NCBI GenBank assembly: GCA_002794035.1
Contig: PCXQ01000004.1
Span: 17,842 to 81,841, forward strand
Source: Candidatus Yanofskybacteria bacterium CG10_big_fil_rev_8_21_14_0_10_36_16
Lineage (GTDB): Bacteria; Patescibacteriota; Minisyncoccia; 2-02-FULL-40-12; IGHO2-01-FULL-4-A
Direction: 5' to 3'
Length of the DNA: 64,000 nucleotides
The position numbers and the translations under genes were made by a program. The notes beneath the pieces are model-generated. The model worked only from the letters and a program-made list of their open reading frames with translations. It did no database searches and was not told the DNA's origin. Numbering within the stretch: the first letter of the stretch is position 1; each line of letters opens with the position of its first letter. Shown one piece after another: positions 18,500 to 28,635 of the stretch.

Positions 18500-19549
18500 T
18501 TATTTCTTGGTTAGTATGGTTTCAAATGTTTGTTTTATACCTTCATAATTACCATCCTTTGGTAATAATTTATATACCCCGTCATCTACTATTTGATCTA
18601 AGAGATTTTCAGTTGATATCACGTAGGTTTCCGGCAATGATTCTGACATTGATTTCAGAAGATCTATCATATCCCCAATGTTTAATATGCTTATATCAGT
18701 GCGTAAATTATCTTTAAATTCAGAAATAATCCCAGAAAGTTTAATTGGGTTTAAGAGTGTGCCGATAGACAAAACTTTGTCTTTTGTGGCAAGCAATACT
18801 TGTTGTTGCCTGCGAGATCTATCAAAATCATTAGTTGAATAACGCGACCTAACATAATATAGGGCTTCCTGAGCTTCAAGGTGGTTTTCACCTTCCGGCA
18901 GATAAAATTCATAGCCCCATTGCTGGGTTTCTTTGAATTCTTTTTCAAGAGTTACATCGATACCTCCTACTTTATCTATTATACCTAAAAATCCTTCAAA
19001 ATCTAAGACTGCCATTTTGTCTATGTAAATTCCTGTTAAACGAGATATGGTTTCCTTTGTGTAATTAAAGGTATCACCTTTTGCCAGTCCTCGTTCATAA
19101 ACTTCATTTAGCTTACCTTCAAAGTCTCCCACTTTTATATATAAATCGCGAGGCAGTGATATAATGCTAACCGTTTTGTCTGATTTGTTTATGCTCAAAA
19201 CCTGGATGCTATCAGTTAAGAGGCCGCCATTTGCAAGATCTCCCTCTCCTCTTATGCCAAGCATTAAAATGTCTAAACGCTCCGATTCTTTTTCGGGTAG
19301 TGGGTTTAGGTCAGGCGTTGGCTCAGGTACTTTGCCGTTCACAAATGGAAGAACATTGGCTGCCCTTTTCCACCAAGGTTCTTTGTCGCTGTTGTCTACC
19401 ACTATAGTGTTGTAAGCAAGGCCCAATTTAAAAGTAATAAAACCCACAAGAATTATGGCTCCAACAAAAATCAAAACCTCCCTTCTTTTCCACCAAGGAG
19501 GGGGCATTTTAATATAATCTGGATTGTAGTTTATTGAAATTTTATCCAT
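18500..19549 (-). CDS. LytR-CpsA-Psr (LCP) family cell-envelope glycopolymer transferase
   Basis: N-terminal TM helix. DSIQVLSIN..ISLPRDLYI and YVRSRY...DFDRSRRQQQVL match LCP motifs. Confidence 0.8.
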   Translation of the reverse strand: MDKISINYNPDYIKMPPPWWKRREVLIFVGAIILVGFITFKLGLAYNTIVVDNSDKEPWWKRAANVLPFVNGKVPEPTPDLNPLPEKESERLDILMLGIRGEGDLANGGLLTDSIQVLSINKSDKTVSIISLPRDLYIKVGDFEGKLNEVYERGLAKGDTFNYTKETISRLTGIYIDKMAVLDFEGFLGIIDKVGGIDVTLEKEFKETQQWGYEFYLPEGENHLEAQEALYYVRSRYSTNDFDRSRRQQQVLLATKDKVLSIGTLLNPIKLSGIISEFKDNLRTDISILNIGDMIDLLKSMSESLPETYVISTENLLDQIVDDGVYKLLPKDGNYEGIKQTFETILTKK

Positions 19550-19562
19550 GTTTAAAAAGGGT

Positions 19563-20657
19563 TTATTTAAACCATTTTCTTATATCTTTGGGAGTTATTT
19601 TTGCTTTCTTAATTACCTCCCTTCTTCTTTTTAACATTTTTGGTATACCCTTGACAATATGCGGCATTTCTAGGAACATCCAAGGTTCAAATATTAAGAA
19701 ATATGACCAAAGCATGATTTGTCTTTTTAATATGCGGGGTAAGTCGTGTAAAAAATTAGAGAGGTAGTCGTTTTTTATAACAGCAAAGAACCAATTTCTA
19801 TAATCTAACCTGCGCTTGAATTGGGGAATCGTTTTTCTTATTTTAATAAAATTTTTCAATTTGCCTCCAGCCAGAGTTTTTGTAGTTTGTCTATCGTGCC
19901 AAGCAATAACATTGGGTGCATAAATTTGTTTCCACCCGAACACGTTCATTCTCCATGCTAAATCTAAATCATCCCCATACCAAAAGAAGTCAGGATCAAT
20001 AATGTACCCATCTATCTTTATATTTTTTAAAGCTTCATGCCTAAATAAGGGCACAGCCCCTTCTACGCCAAAAATTTCGGTTGATTTGCTGTACTGTCCC
20101 TCGTCCTTTTCACCGTGTGCTATATTTACTGACCGTCTTGATTTGTAAATCTCAAAACCTAGCGTATCTATCGTGTTTGTTTTTTTGAGCTTTAGATTTC
20201 CACCCATCGTGATTGGCTCTGCTCTGTATATTTTTGCCTGTAGTGCGCCAATTTTATTATCAGCTTCTATTATCTCAATGGCATTTTTAATAAAGTTACT
20301 ATCAAGCAAAACATCTACTGAAAGCGCTATGATGTATTTTCCGTTACTTTTTTCAAGTAGCCATTCTTGTCCTGGCCACATTCCCAAATTTTCTTCTTTT
20401 TCAAATAAAGAAAATTTTGTAATACTCAAATCTTCATTTCCTGTCTTTAGGTTATTTATGATCTCCTTCGTGTTATCTGTTGAATTATTATCTAGGATAT
20501 TTAATTCAATTTTTTCGTGAGGATATGATTGCTTTAAAACTGAATCAAGACACCATGGTATATATTTTTCACCATTTCTAACCGCTATATTTATTGTTAC
20601 TAAAGGCTGTGCCATTTTATATATTAAAAAATTTACTAAACCAATTTTTACCAGCAC
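19563..20657 (-). CDS. Glycosyltransferase family 2
   Basis: VTINIAVRNGEKYI...ILDNNSTDNT GT-A fold N-terminus with the DxD region. Confidence 0.75.
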   Translation of the reverse strand: MLVKIGLVNFLIYKMAQPLVTINIAVRNGEKYIPWCLDSVLKQSYPHEKIELNILDNNSTDNTKEIINNLKTGNEDLSITKFSLFEKEENLGMWPGQEWLLEKSNGKYIIALSVDVLLDSNFIKNAIEIIEADNKIGALQAKIYRAEPITMGGNLKLKKTNTIDTLGFEIYKSRRSVNIAHGEKDEGQYSKSTEIFGVEGAVPLFRHEALKNIKIDGYIIDPDFFWYGDDLDLAWRMNVFGWKQIYAPNVIAWHDRQTTKTLAGGKLKNFIKIRKTIPQFKRRLDYRNWFFAVIKNDYLSNFLHDLPRILKRQIMLWSYFLIFEPWMFLEMPHIVKGIPKMLKRRREVIKKAKITPKDIRKWFK

Positions 20658-22275
20658 TGTTTGAATTATTAATACCTAGCGTTAATGCAACAATTGAGGA
20701 AAAAATAAGAAATGCTCTTTCATCAAACAGGACAATGTCTGTCATTAGATAAAGAAGTCCCCACATGACAAACAAAAGTGTTGAAGCAAAGTATGTTTTT
20801 ATAAACCAGTCAGATTCTTTTATGTAATTATTATACATTTTTACAAGCATTAAGAATAAGAATAAAAGCGATGCCATAAATGCAATCATGCCCATTTCAG
20901 CAAAAATATTTAAATATAAATTGTGGGCCGAAGATCCTGCTCTGGCTAGAGTTACATCCTGTTCTAGTACTACAGGAAAATTCCCGATGCCCACGCCTAA
21001 CCATGGACGTTTTTTTATTGACTCAAAAGTTTTTTGCCAAATTTCTAACCGTAAACTGTTTGAGGTTTCTCCAAAATCAATAATTGACCTAACCCTGTTG
21101 CTTAAAAGGTCTGAGTTGTCTTTGTTGAGTAAAAATTGAGGAGAGGCAAATATTGGATAAGCCACCATAAATAACAAAACGAAAATTAAAATATAAGATG
21201 ATAAATATTTAAATACATTTTTTTCATGCATATGGTTTCTTAAAAATATAGTAGCAAAAATAAAAGATCCTATTAACGTTGAAATGCCTGCCAGCCACAT
21301 TCCACGAGTTCCGCTTAATATTATTGCTAACAGTATTACTGGAACCCACAACACAAACCATTTGGCCCTGGTTTTAAATAATGCTTTAGTGCTGTGGCCT
21401 GTTTTGGATGTGGCCCTTGTTAAGGCGATTGCAAATATTGAAGGCAGACCAAAAAGTATAAATAAAGGGAAAGAATGAGAGTCGGGGAAAATAGAAAACA
21501 CTCTCAAAGATAGCTGTTCACCAAAATAGGCAAACCAAGTATTGCCAACCCATGATGCGATGTAGCACCATTCTTCACCAAATAGCTTGCACTCTATCCC
21601 CTCACCCCAAACACGCATAAACCCATAAATGTCCATTAAATAAGTCATGCTCAATTGAACGAACCCGAGTACTGTAACTATTATAGTCGGTATGGCCAAG
21701 TTTTTAATAATTCTTTGAGAATAATCTTTGTTTTTTAAAATTAAGGAATATAAAACTATCCCTACTAATGAAAGATTAATAAAGTAAATTACTCTTTTTA
21801 TTCCTGATGTTAAATCTTGTGTCTGGGTTAATGATAAGGTTGCCATAAAAAGCAAAAGACCAGATAAAAATATAAATTCATGTTTTGTTAAAAATCTAAT
21901 TGGTTTTTTGAAAAAATTAATAAACCCTGGCCACATATCTGCCAATCCACCCACAAAAAACCATTTTAAAAATATTACTGCAGAAAGTATCCGCCACATA
22001 TTAAATTGATCAAAACTTGGCGTTAATGGTATGGCCATAAAAAAAGGAATTGAGCGAACAAAATATGCACCCGAATCTTCAAGTGGAGCCCAGATAAAAT
22101 AAAAAACCAACCAAATGGTTAAAATAGTAACAATATCGCGCGATAAAACACCGGTTATTACTAAACCAAAAAGAACAAGATGAATAATAAAAATTGTATT
22201 TAGTAAGGAAGGTCTTTTGGTAGACATTTTATTATAAGTGATATATTGTATTAAGGGTTGTTTATTCTTTAACAA
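20617..22275 (-). CDS. O-antigen ligase/polymerase (Wzy_C) family membrane protein
   Basis: 12+ TM helices with SSAHNLYLNIFAEMGMIAF, the Wzy_C HN.YL..E.G motif. Confidence 0.65.
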   Translation of the reverse strand: MLKNKQPLIQYITYNKMSTKRPSLLNTIFIIHLVLFGLVITGVLSRDIVTILTIWLVFYFIWAPLEDSGAYFVRSIPFFMAIPLTPSFDQFNMWRILSAVIFLKWFFVGGLADMWPGFINFFKKPIRFLTKHEFIFLSGLLLFMATLSLTQTQDLTSGIKRVIYFINLSLVGIVLYSLILKNKDYSQRIIKNLAIPTIIVTVLGFVQLSMTYLMDIYGFMRVWGEGIECKLFGEEWCYIASWVGNTWFAYFGEQLSLRVFSIFPDSHSFPLFILFGLPSIFAIALTRATSKTGHSTKALFKTRAKWFVLWVPVILLAIILSGTRGMWLAGISTLIGSFIFATIFLRNHMHEKNVFKYLSSYILIFVLLFMVAYPIFASPQFLLNKDNSDLLSNRVRSIIDFGETSNSLRLEIWQKTFESIKKRPWLGVGIGNFPVVLEQDVTLARAGSSAHNLYLNIFAEMGMIAFMASLLFLFLMLVKMYNNYIKESDWFIKTYFASTLLFVMWGLLYLMTDIVLFDERAFLIFSSIVALTLGINNSNSAGKNWFSKFFNI

Positions 22276-22286
22276 GGAGGCCTATC

Positions 22287-22475
22287 ATGTTTGGATTAGC
22301 CTTGGCAATTTTTCTATATGGAATAGTTTTTGAGTTACAAACTATTAATATAATAATGGGCAACCAGATAAATTATAGGCGTGCTGAAGCACTTTTTTGT
22401 GCTATAATTGTGGGGATTTTAGCTGAATTAGGTCTTCGTGCCGCTATTCAGGGTTGTTGTTGGCCAACTTTCTAA
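22287..22475 (+). CDS. Small hydrophobic protein (62 aa) with a strong SD
   Basis: AAGGAGG sits 9 nt upstream of the ATG. Antisense between two minus-strand GT genes and overlaps the 3' end of the GT4 gene by about 30 nt. Confidence 0.35.
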   Translation: MFGLALAIFLYGIVFELQTINIIMGNQINYRRAEALFCAIIVGILAELGLRAAIQGCCWPTF

Positions 22476-23607
22476 ATATTTTCAAAGTTTTATCGGTGTG
22501 TTTTTCCCAAGCATACTTTTCTGTTATTTCTGGGGCAGCATTTATTATTTGCTGCCTTTTTTGTTTGTTTGTAAGGGATTCTTTTATTGCTTGTGTGATT
22601 TTATCTGAATCGGCAGGGAGTTTAACCTTAAAAGCATTTTGTCCGTATATTTCATCATTAAGCTTAACATCTGCCACTACAGGCACAGAACCTGCAGTTA
22701 GTGCTTCAAGTGTTGGTAAACCAAATGCTTCACTTGATGATATATAAACAAAGGATTTTGCATTTTGATAAAGCGCTATCAACTCATCTTCAGAGACGTA
22801 CTCTTTATATATTATAACTTCTTTTGCATGTTTTTTATTTATTTTTTCAACTAAACTTTTAATAAATGGCGCTTGTCCTGAGTTTACCGAAGGATATTTG
22901 TCTTTACCGATAGCTACTAATTTTAAATTAGGAAATTCCGATTGCAATTTATCAATTGCTAAAATGGTTTCCTTAAGATGTCTTCTTGGAAATGCTTGGG
23001 CAACAAATAATACAAAATCACCTTGAACGATAGACGGTTTCGTATTTTTTGGGGTTTTAAATTTTGATGCATCAACTCCTAATGGTGTGGCAAATATCTT
23101 TTTTGTTTTTATATCTGAATGGCTTCTTAATTCTTCAACTGCTGTTTCAGAAACACTATTTAGTGCTGTGGCGTGTTTAATGGCATGGCCTGTAAATATC
23201 TTATAGGCCAATCTATATTTAAAGGGCATACTAGTGCTGTGCATTTCTTTTAAAATATCAGGCGTTACAGTAACGATAGATTTGCCTTTAAAAATTAATG
23301 GAAGCATGTAGTTTGGGAAATACATCAAATCTAAATTTTCAAACCAAAGTTTTATGGGTAAATAAACGTAATAATATAAACTGAATGAAGAAGGAACAAG
23401 AAGCGGCTTAACTATTTTTTTAACAAAAATTGGATTTTTCAAATAAGAGTAATCTGGTATCTGAGATTTAAAATAAAGATAAAAACGGAACTCGTGAGAG
23501 AGTTCCGGCTTTTTAGATATCTCTTCAAGGAGTTTGCTTATTATTCTACCCACCCCCCATTGCTCACTATCTTCAATTGATTCGCATTCAATGCCTATTT
23601 TATACAT
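22444..23607 (-). CDS. Glycosyltransferase family 4 (GT-B)
   Basis: SEAFGLPTLEALTAGSVPVVAD, the GT1/GT4 EX7E region. Confidence 0.8.
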   Translation of the reverse strand: MYKIGIECESIEDSEQWGVGRIISKLLEEISKKPELSHEFRFYLYFKSQIPDYSYLKNPIFVKKIVKPLLVPSSFSLYYYVYLPIKLWFENLDLMYFPNYMLPLIFKGKSIVTVTPDILKEMHSTSMPFKYRLAYKIFTGHAIKHATALNSVSETAVEELRSHSDIKTKKIFATPLGVDASKFKTPKNTKPSIVQGDFVLFVAQAFPRRHLKETILAIDKLQSEFPNLKLVAIGKDKYPSVNSGQAPFIKSLVEKINKKHAKEVIIYKEYVSEDELIALYQNAKSFVYISSSEAFGLPTLEALTAGSVPVVADVKLNDEIYGQNAFKVKLPADSDKITQAIKESLTNKQKRQQIINAAPEITEKYAWEKHTDKTLKIFRKLANNNPE

Positions 23608-24494
23608 TAGATTTTGCCGAATCGGCCCATATAAAAATCAGTTACACCTTTTAAGATCATCCTCGAAACTTCACGTCTTTTTGGCACCAAGATGATCTTG
23701 GCTAGTTGTTTTAGAATAACATAAAATGACCAAAACGGCAATAATATTTTAGACCAAAAAGGCCCATTTTTAAAGTTAAAAAGGTGGGAGTTGCGATAAT
23801 GGTAATATAGGAGTATTGGAGAGCCGAGTTGTGATGTTGAAGATGAGACTTTGTGATCTACTATAGCAGTAGGTTCAATGCTAAGTTTAAAACCTGCCAT
23901 TTTAGCTCTTGCTGAAAAATCGGCATCTTCAAAATAAAGGAAATATTTTTCATCTAAAAAACCTATTTTTTCAAAAACTTCTTTTTTGATGAGCATGCTT
24001 GAGCCGATTATATAATCTACTTTTTGCATAGAGCTGTGGCTAAGTTCTGGTCTTAACCATTTAATCTTTCCTCCATAAACCGTTTTACCTCCCTCGTTTA
24101 TGGCTGGCCCAACTATTCCTATTTTAGAGTCAGATTCAGCTTTTTTAATTAATTTATCCAACAAATTTGGCTTAACAACTGTGTCTGGATTCAATATTAA
24201 AATATAATCAGCTCCTTGTTTTAGTGCGGTATTTATACCCACATTGTTACCACCAGAATAACCAATATTGTCTGAAAGTTTTGAGTAGGTGTATTTAGTG
24301 TTGGGCGTTTCATTTTTAAGGTATGATTCAATTTTGTTCTTGTGCACAGACCCTGATGCGTTATCTACAATAATGATATTAATGTTTTCGTTTTGTAATT
24401 CTTTTACACTTTCAAGGCAACAAATAGTGTCCCCCGAGTTATTAAATTGGAGTATGATTATAAAGCATTTAGGTAAATTAGTCATATTAAGCAA
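23607..24494 (-). CDS. Glycosyltransferase family 2
   Basis: CFIIILQFNNSGDTICCLESV...IIVDNAS GT2 N-terminal pattern. Confidence 0.75.
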   Translation of the reverse strand: MLNMTNLPKCFIIILQFNNSGDTICCLESVKELQNENINIIIVDNASGSVHKNKIESYLKNETPNTKYTYSKLSDNIGYSGGNNVGINTALKQGADYILILNPDTVVKPNLLDKLIKKAESDSKIGIVGPAINEGGKTVYGGKIKWLRPELSHSSMQKVDYIIGSSMLIKKEVFEKIGFLDEKYFLYFEDADFSARAKMAGFKLSIEPTAIVDHKVSSSTSQLGSPILLYYHYRNSHLFNFKNGPFWSKILLPFWSFYVILKQLAKIILVPKRREVSRMILKGVTDFYMGRFGKI

Positions 24495-24500
24495 GTTTGT

Positions 24501-25577
24501 TTAGGTTTGGACTGTTTGTTTTATGATGTTTAGTATGTGGTTTTTAAATATTTCTTGGGTAAAAATACTAGTGCTATTTTTAATTTCATCTGAATTATAA
24601 TTTTCAATATTTTTTTTCATAAGCATAGCATGGTATGCAAGTACATCGGGATGGGAATCATCAAAAAATTCACCATTTATCCCCTCTTTTATATATTCTA
24701 ACGCACCTCCTCGTCTTAATGCCAGTACTGGTTTGCCATAACTCATGGCTTCAATCGGAGTTATGCCAAAATCTTCTTCTTGTGGCATGACAAAAGCAAG
24801 ACAATTTTCATAATACTGAGACAGCTCATCATCAGGCACAAATCCTAATATCGTTACATTTTTTTCTGCTATTTTTTCAAGGCGTTTTTTCTCCGGACCG
24901 TTACCTATAACAACAAGAGGCCAGCCAAGCTTGCTAAATGCTTTTACAGCAATGTCTACATTTTTATGTTTGTATAAACGACTAACAATCAAAAAGTATT
25001 TTTCAGATACAGATGTTTTGTGGTTGGCCTTTGTTGTGCCATTTGTATAGGTCTTTATTGGAGGGTAAATTACGGAAGAGTCTTGCTGATAGTATTTTTT
25101 AATTCTTTTGCGGACATTTTCTGAATTGGCAATAAAATGATCAACCCTTAAAGAAGCATGCCTGTCCCAGATGCGCATAAAATGTTGGAGCAAGGACGCT
25201 GCCCACTTCGGAGTTATTTTAACTTCCTTTCTATATTCGGATTGCCAGTCCCACCATTGTCTCGTGGGGCTGTGGCAATAACAAATATGCGTTGTGTGCG
25301 GTCTTAAAATGAGACCCTTGCAAAAATATGCAGATGAAGAAATAACTAAATCAAACTCGCTTAAATCAAACGATTCAGCGGCAGAGGGCATTAGGGGCAA
25401 GAGCAATTTGTGGCTTCCGAGTCTTTTGTAATATTTTTGTAAAAAAGACGGCCGGATATCAGCGCCGGGTATAAATTTGCTAGTAAAATTTTCATCATGA
25501 AAAAAGGTGTAAATGGGTGAAGACGGAAAAATTTTATGAAATTCTTTGGCTACATTTTCTGCTCCGCCAACTCCCAA
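24501..25577 (-). CDS. Glycosyltransferase family 4; true start probably a few codons upstream at a non-canonical codon
   Basis: EDFGITPIEAMSYGKPVLALRRGGALEYI. The conserved N-terminus KIALIHDW-F-LGVGGAE continues in frame upstream of the first TTG with no ATG/GTG/TTG. Confidence 0.75.
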   Translation of the reverse strand: MGVGGAENVAKEFHKIFPSSPIYTFFHDENFTSKFIPGADIRPSFLQKYYKRLGSHKLLLPLMPSAAESFDLSEFDLVISSSAYFCKGLILRPHTTHICYCHSPTRQWWDWQSEYRKEVKITPKWAASLLQHFMRIWDRHASLRVDHFIANSENVRKRIKKYYQQDSSVIYPPIKTYTNGTTKANHKTSVSEKYFLIVSRLYKHKNVDIAVKAFSKLGWPLVVIGNGPEKKRLEKIAEKNVTILGFVPDDELSQYYENCLAFVMPQEEDFGITPIEAMSYGKPVLALRRGGALEYIKEGINGEFFDDSHPDVLAYHAMLMKKNIENYNSDEIKNSTSIFTQEIFKNHILNIIKQTVQT

Positions 25578-25684
25578 AAACCAATCATGAATTAGTGCAA
25601 TTTTGATAATTTTTAGCTTTCCAGCATTACAACCCCTTAGATAATACTTGGGTTTTCCAAAAAGCTGATAGTTGGTAGCTATTT

Positions 25685-26692
25685 TTATCTTTTAGCCAAT
25701 ACATTTTTTTTATAAATGTTTAAATTTTGCAATACTACTCCTGTTCCTTTGGCAACACAAAACAAAGGATCATCCGCTATGTGTGCGGGTACGCCTGTTA
25801 CTGAAGTTACTAATTCGTCTATGTTTTTTAATAATGCACCGCCTCCGGAAATGGTAATTCCCTTTTCCATAATATCTGAACAAAGCTCAGGCGGTGTTTC
25901 ATGGAGAACATTTTTCACTGTTTGTATAATTTCTACCAATTGTTCTTGCATGGCATCCGTTATTTCATTTGTGGTTAGTTCTATTGTTTTTGGATATCCA
26001 CTAGCTAAATTTCTTCCTCTTACATTAAGGCGTTCCTGAGTTTCCTGTTTTACTGCACTTCCTATAGCTTTTTTGATAAGTTCGGCTGTTCTTTCACCAA
26101 TAGCCAACCCGTGTTTCTTTTTTACATAACTGACTATTGACTGGTCAATTTTGTTGCCTCCCACCCTAACTGAAGACCAGCTAACTATGCCCCCAAGGCT
26201 TATTACTGCAATCTCAGTCGTTCCACCTCCTATATTTAATATCATATTGCCTGAGGCGCTGTTTATGGGTATTTTTGCTCCTATAGCAGCCAATACGGGC
26301 TCTTTAACAAGATAAACCATCTTGGCGCCAGCATTTAAGGATGCCTCTATAACGGCCCTTCTTTCTGTTGAAGTAATCCCTGCAGGTACTGAAATTAAAA
26401 CCTCGGGCTTTAAAAAGGCCATATTGCCTATGGCTTTGTTTATAAAATACTTGAGCATTGCTTCGGTTATCCTATAATCGGCGATAGCACCTTCCTTTAA
26501 GGGACGTGACACCATAATGCTGTCAGGGGCTCTTCCTATCATGTTTTTGGCGTCATTCCCGACAGTCATTATTTTATTATCTACCACCGATATTGCCACA
26601 ACAGAGGGCTCATTAATTACGATTCCTTTGTTAGGTATATAAACAAGAGTATTGGTAGTACCCAAGTCTATTCCTATTTTTTTTATAAACAT
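25685..26692 (-). CDS. mreB: Rod-shape-determining protein MreB
   Basis: IGIDLGTTNTLVY...INEPSVVAI and actin-fold motifs throughout. Confidence 0.9.
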   Translation of the reverse strand: MFIKKIGIDLGTTNTLVYIPNKGIVINEPSVVAISVVDNKIMTVGNDAKNMIGRAPDSIMVSRPLKEGAIADYRITEAMLKYFINKAIGNMAFLKPEVLISVPAGITSTERRAVIEASLNAGAKMVYLVKEPVLAAIGAKIPINSASGNMILNIGGGTTEIAVISLGGIVSWSSVRVGGNKIDQSIVSYVKKKHGLAIGERTAELIKKAIGSAVKQETQERLNVRGRNLASGYPKTIELTTNEITDAMQEQLVEIIQTVKNVLHETPPELCSDIMEKGITISGGGALLKNIDELVTSVTGVPAHIADDPLFCVAKGTGVVLQNLNIYKKNVLAKR

Positions 26693-26789
26693 TTATGGGG
26701 TTGTGTATTCTGCTTTAAATATCACGTTATTGTTACCTAATTCAATATTAACAAATGTAGCTCATAATGGTATAGTGTATATTATAAGA

Positions 26790-28037
26790 ATGCAAAAAAA
26801 GACTCGTACAATTCTATTTTATTCATCTGTTATATTTTTCACCCTATTAAGCATAGTGGTTGTTTTGTATTCTCTTGGATATAAATACGATTTTATTGAT
26901 AATAAATTTGTTAAAACTGGATCTCTTAGGGTGGCCACTAACTTATCCAACGCAGAAGTTTATATTAATTCAGAGTTAAAAGGAAAAACATCTTTTATAA
27001 CAGGAAATTTTTCAAAAGGCAGATTTCTCCCCCGCATTTATAATGTCAGGGTTGAGAAAGAGGGATATCAAACATGGGAGAAAAACATTGATATTGAAAG
27101 AGGTTTATTTTCCGATTTCCCTGTTGTTGTACTCTTGCCTGATAAATTTGAAATCACAATTACCGCATCTTCTTCTTTGTCAGTTCCCTATTTTTCGTTT
27201 GATAAAAGTTTAAGACGTGCCTATCTTGAAGACGGAGTATCTGAGGATGGATTATCGGCAATAAGCGTCTTAGCTCTCGATAACGGTCAACTGGTTGATG
27301 TTTTTGAGGTGCCAAAAAAAGTTTTATCAGAAAATCCAATAGTCGCTGATGCCAAGTTTTATTATTTAAATGACAATAATTTAATGCAATTTGATCCAAA
27401 AAAAGAAACTTATATCATTTTATCTGAAACGGTTAAGTCTTTTTATGTTAGTCAGGAACATGCTTACTTTACTAAGTTTTCTGATAATACTCTCTATATA
27501 GTGAATACTAGCTCAGACCAAATTAAAAATTTACTTAATGATTTACAAAATGAAACTGATTTAATTATTAAAGCTGAGCAAGTTGGAAATGAATATTATC
27601 TGTTATTGAGCTTCTTAAATTCTAGCAATAAATTATTTAAATTTAATGAAAATGATTTGGAACCAGAAACAATAGCTAGTAACGTCCTTGGTTTTGAGGT
27701 TTCTCCAGACAGGAAAAAATTATCTTATTTTACCAGAAATGAGTTGTGGACGATCTGGCTTAATGACACAACATCACAACCTCTTAGGAAGGCAGGAGAA
27801 AAAGAACTAATAACTAGATATTCTCATGAAATTAAGAATGTTAAATGGTATAGAAACTCCGAACATTTAATTGTGCAAGTTGGAGGCGGACTAGTCTTTG
27901 TTGAAATAGATGGTCGTGGCAAGAAAAGAAATCAATACGACATAACATATTTTGATGGCATTTTTAATTATGAAGGCTCAAGCAATAACATGTGGATTTT
28001 TGGAGGAAAGGAGCTAGCTAATTTTAAACTGGAATAA
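26790..28037 (+). CDS. PEGA-domain membrane protein with C-terminal beta-rich domain
   Basis: N-terminal TM helix. SLRVATNLSNAEVYINSELKGKT...YNVRVEKEGYQTWEKNIDIE matches the PEGA pattern. ATG at 26790 chosen. Confidence 0.5.
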   Translation: MQKKTRTILFYSSVIFFTLLSIVVVLYSLGYKYDFIDNKFVKTGSLRVATNLSNAEVYINSELKGKTSFITGNFSKGRFLPRIYNVRVEKEGYQTWEKNIDIERGLFSDFPVVVLLPDKFEITITASSSLSVPYFSFDKSLRRAYLEDGVSEDGLSAISVLALDNGQLVDVFEVPKKVLSENPIVADAKFYYLNDNNLMQFDPKKETYIILSETVKSFYVSQEHAYFTKFSDNTLYIVNTSSDQIKNLLNDLQNETDLIIKAEQVGNEYYLLLSFLNSSNKLFKFNENDLEPETIASNVLGFEVSPDRKKLSYFTRNELWTIWLNDTTSQPLRKAGEKELITRYSHEIKNVKWYRNSEHLIVQVGGGLVFVEIDGRGKKRNQYDITYFDGIFNYEGSSNNMWIFGGKELANFKLE

Positions 28038-28053
28038 ATTTTTTTAAATTAAA

Positions 28054-28082
28054 AACCCGACTTATTTTTTAAGGTCGGGTTT
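28054..28082. terminator. Bidirectional terminator AACCCGAC-TTATTTTTTAAG-GTCGGGTT
   Basis: Inverted repeat flanked by A/T runs between convergent genes. Confidence 0.6.
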
Positions 28083-28094
28083 TAAATTAATTTT

Positions 28095-28511
28095 TTAAGC
28101 AACTCTTTCTGTTAAGGTCAGAGATTCACAGCATAGGGTATGTTTTGGAGCGGGTGACATATTAGATTTAAAATTTGGATCTTCTTTTAATTTATCCCAA
28201 AAATATTTAAGCGATGATTGGTTGGACCACAGAAGCATAGAACTCAAGACCTTATCCATTTTTACTGGATTTGTAGCAATTCCTTTCCAAATTTCTAACG
28301 AAGGCGATCTAAAAGAAAGAGGTTTGCCTACAAAAACTTTTGCCGCCTCAAGATTTTCAAAAACAAATAACAGGCCCAATTCTGGAGTTGTTATTTCGCT
28401 TGGAATATAAACAACCAAATGTTCATGTGCAATTGCAGACATTAAACTATCTCCCACTCTCGCAACAACTTTGTATACAATCTGCTCAGTAAGCTCAGTT
28501 TGGAGTCCCAT
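28095..28511 (-). CDS. Hypothetical protein (138 aa)
   Basis: ORF only. No recognised motif. Confidence 0.35.
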   Translation of the reverse strand: MGLQTELTEQIVYKVVARVGDSLMSAIAHEHLVVYIPSEITTPELGLLFVFENLEAAKVFVGKPLSFRSPSLEIWKGIATNPVKMDKVLSSMLLWSNQSSLKYFWDKLKEDPNFKSNMSPAPKHTLCCESLTLTERVA

Positions 28512-28596
28512 GTGTTTCCTTTATCTTTTTAATATTAAAAAACTAAAATCATATTATAATGAAATTTATTATTTATCAATTAAATTTTTATATTAA

Positions 28597-28627
28597 AAAA
28601 CATCCCGCTTTGATGGGATGTTTTTTT
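28597..28627 (-). terminator. Intrinsic terminator downstream of rpsI
   Basis: AAACATCCC-GCTTTGAT-GGGATGTTTTTTT. Confidence 0.65.
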
Positions 28628-28635
28628 GATTGAGT

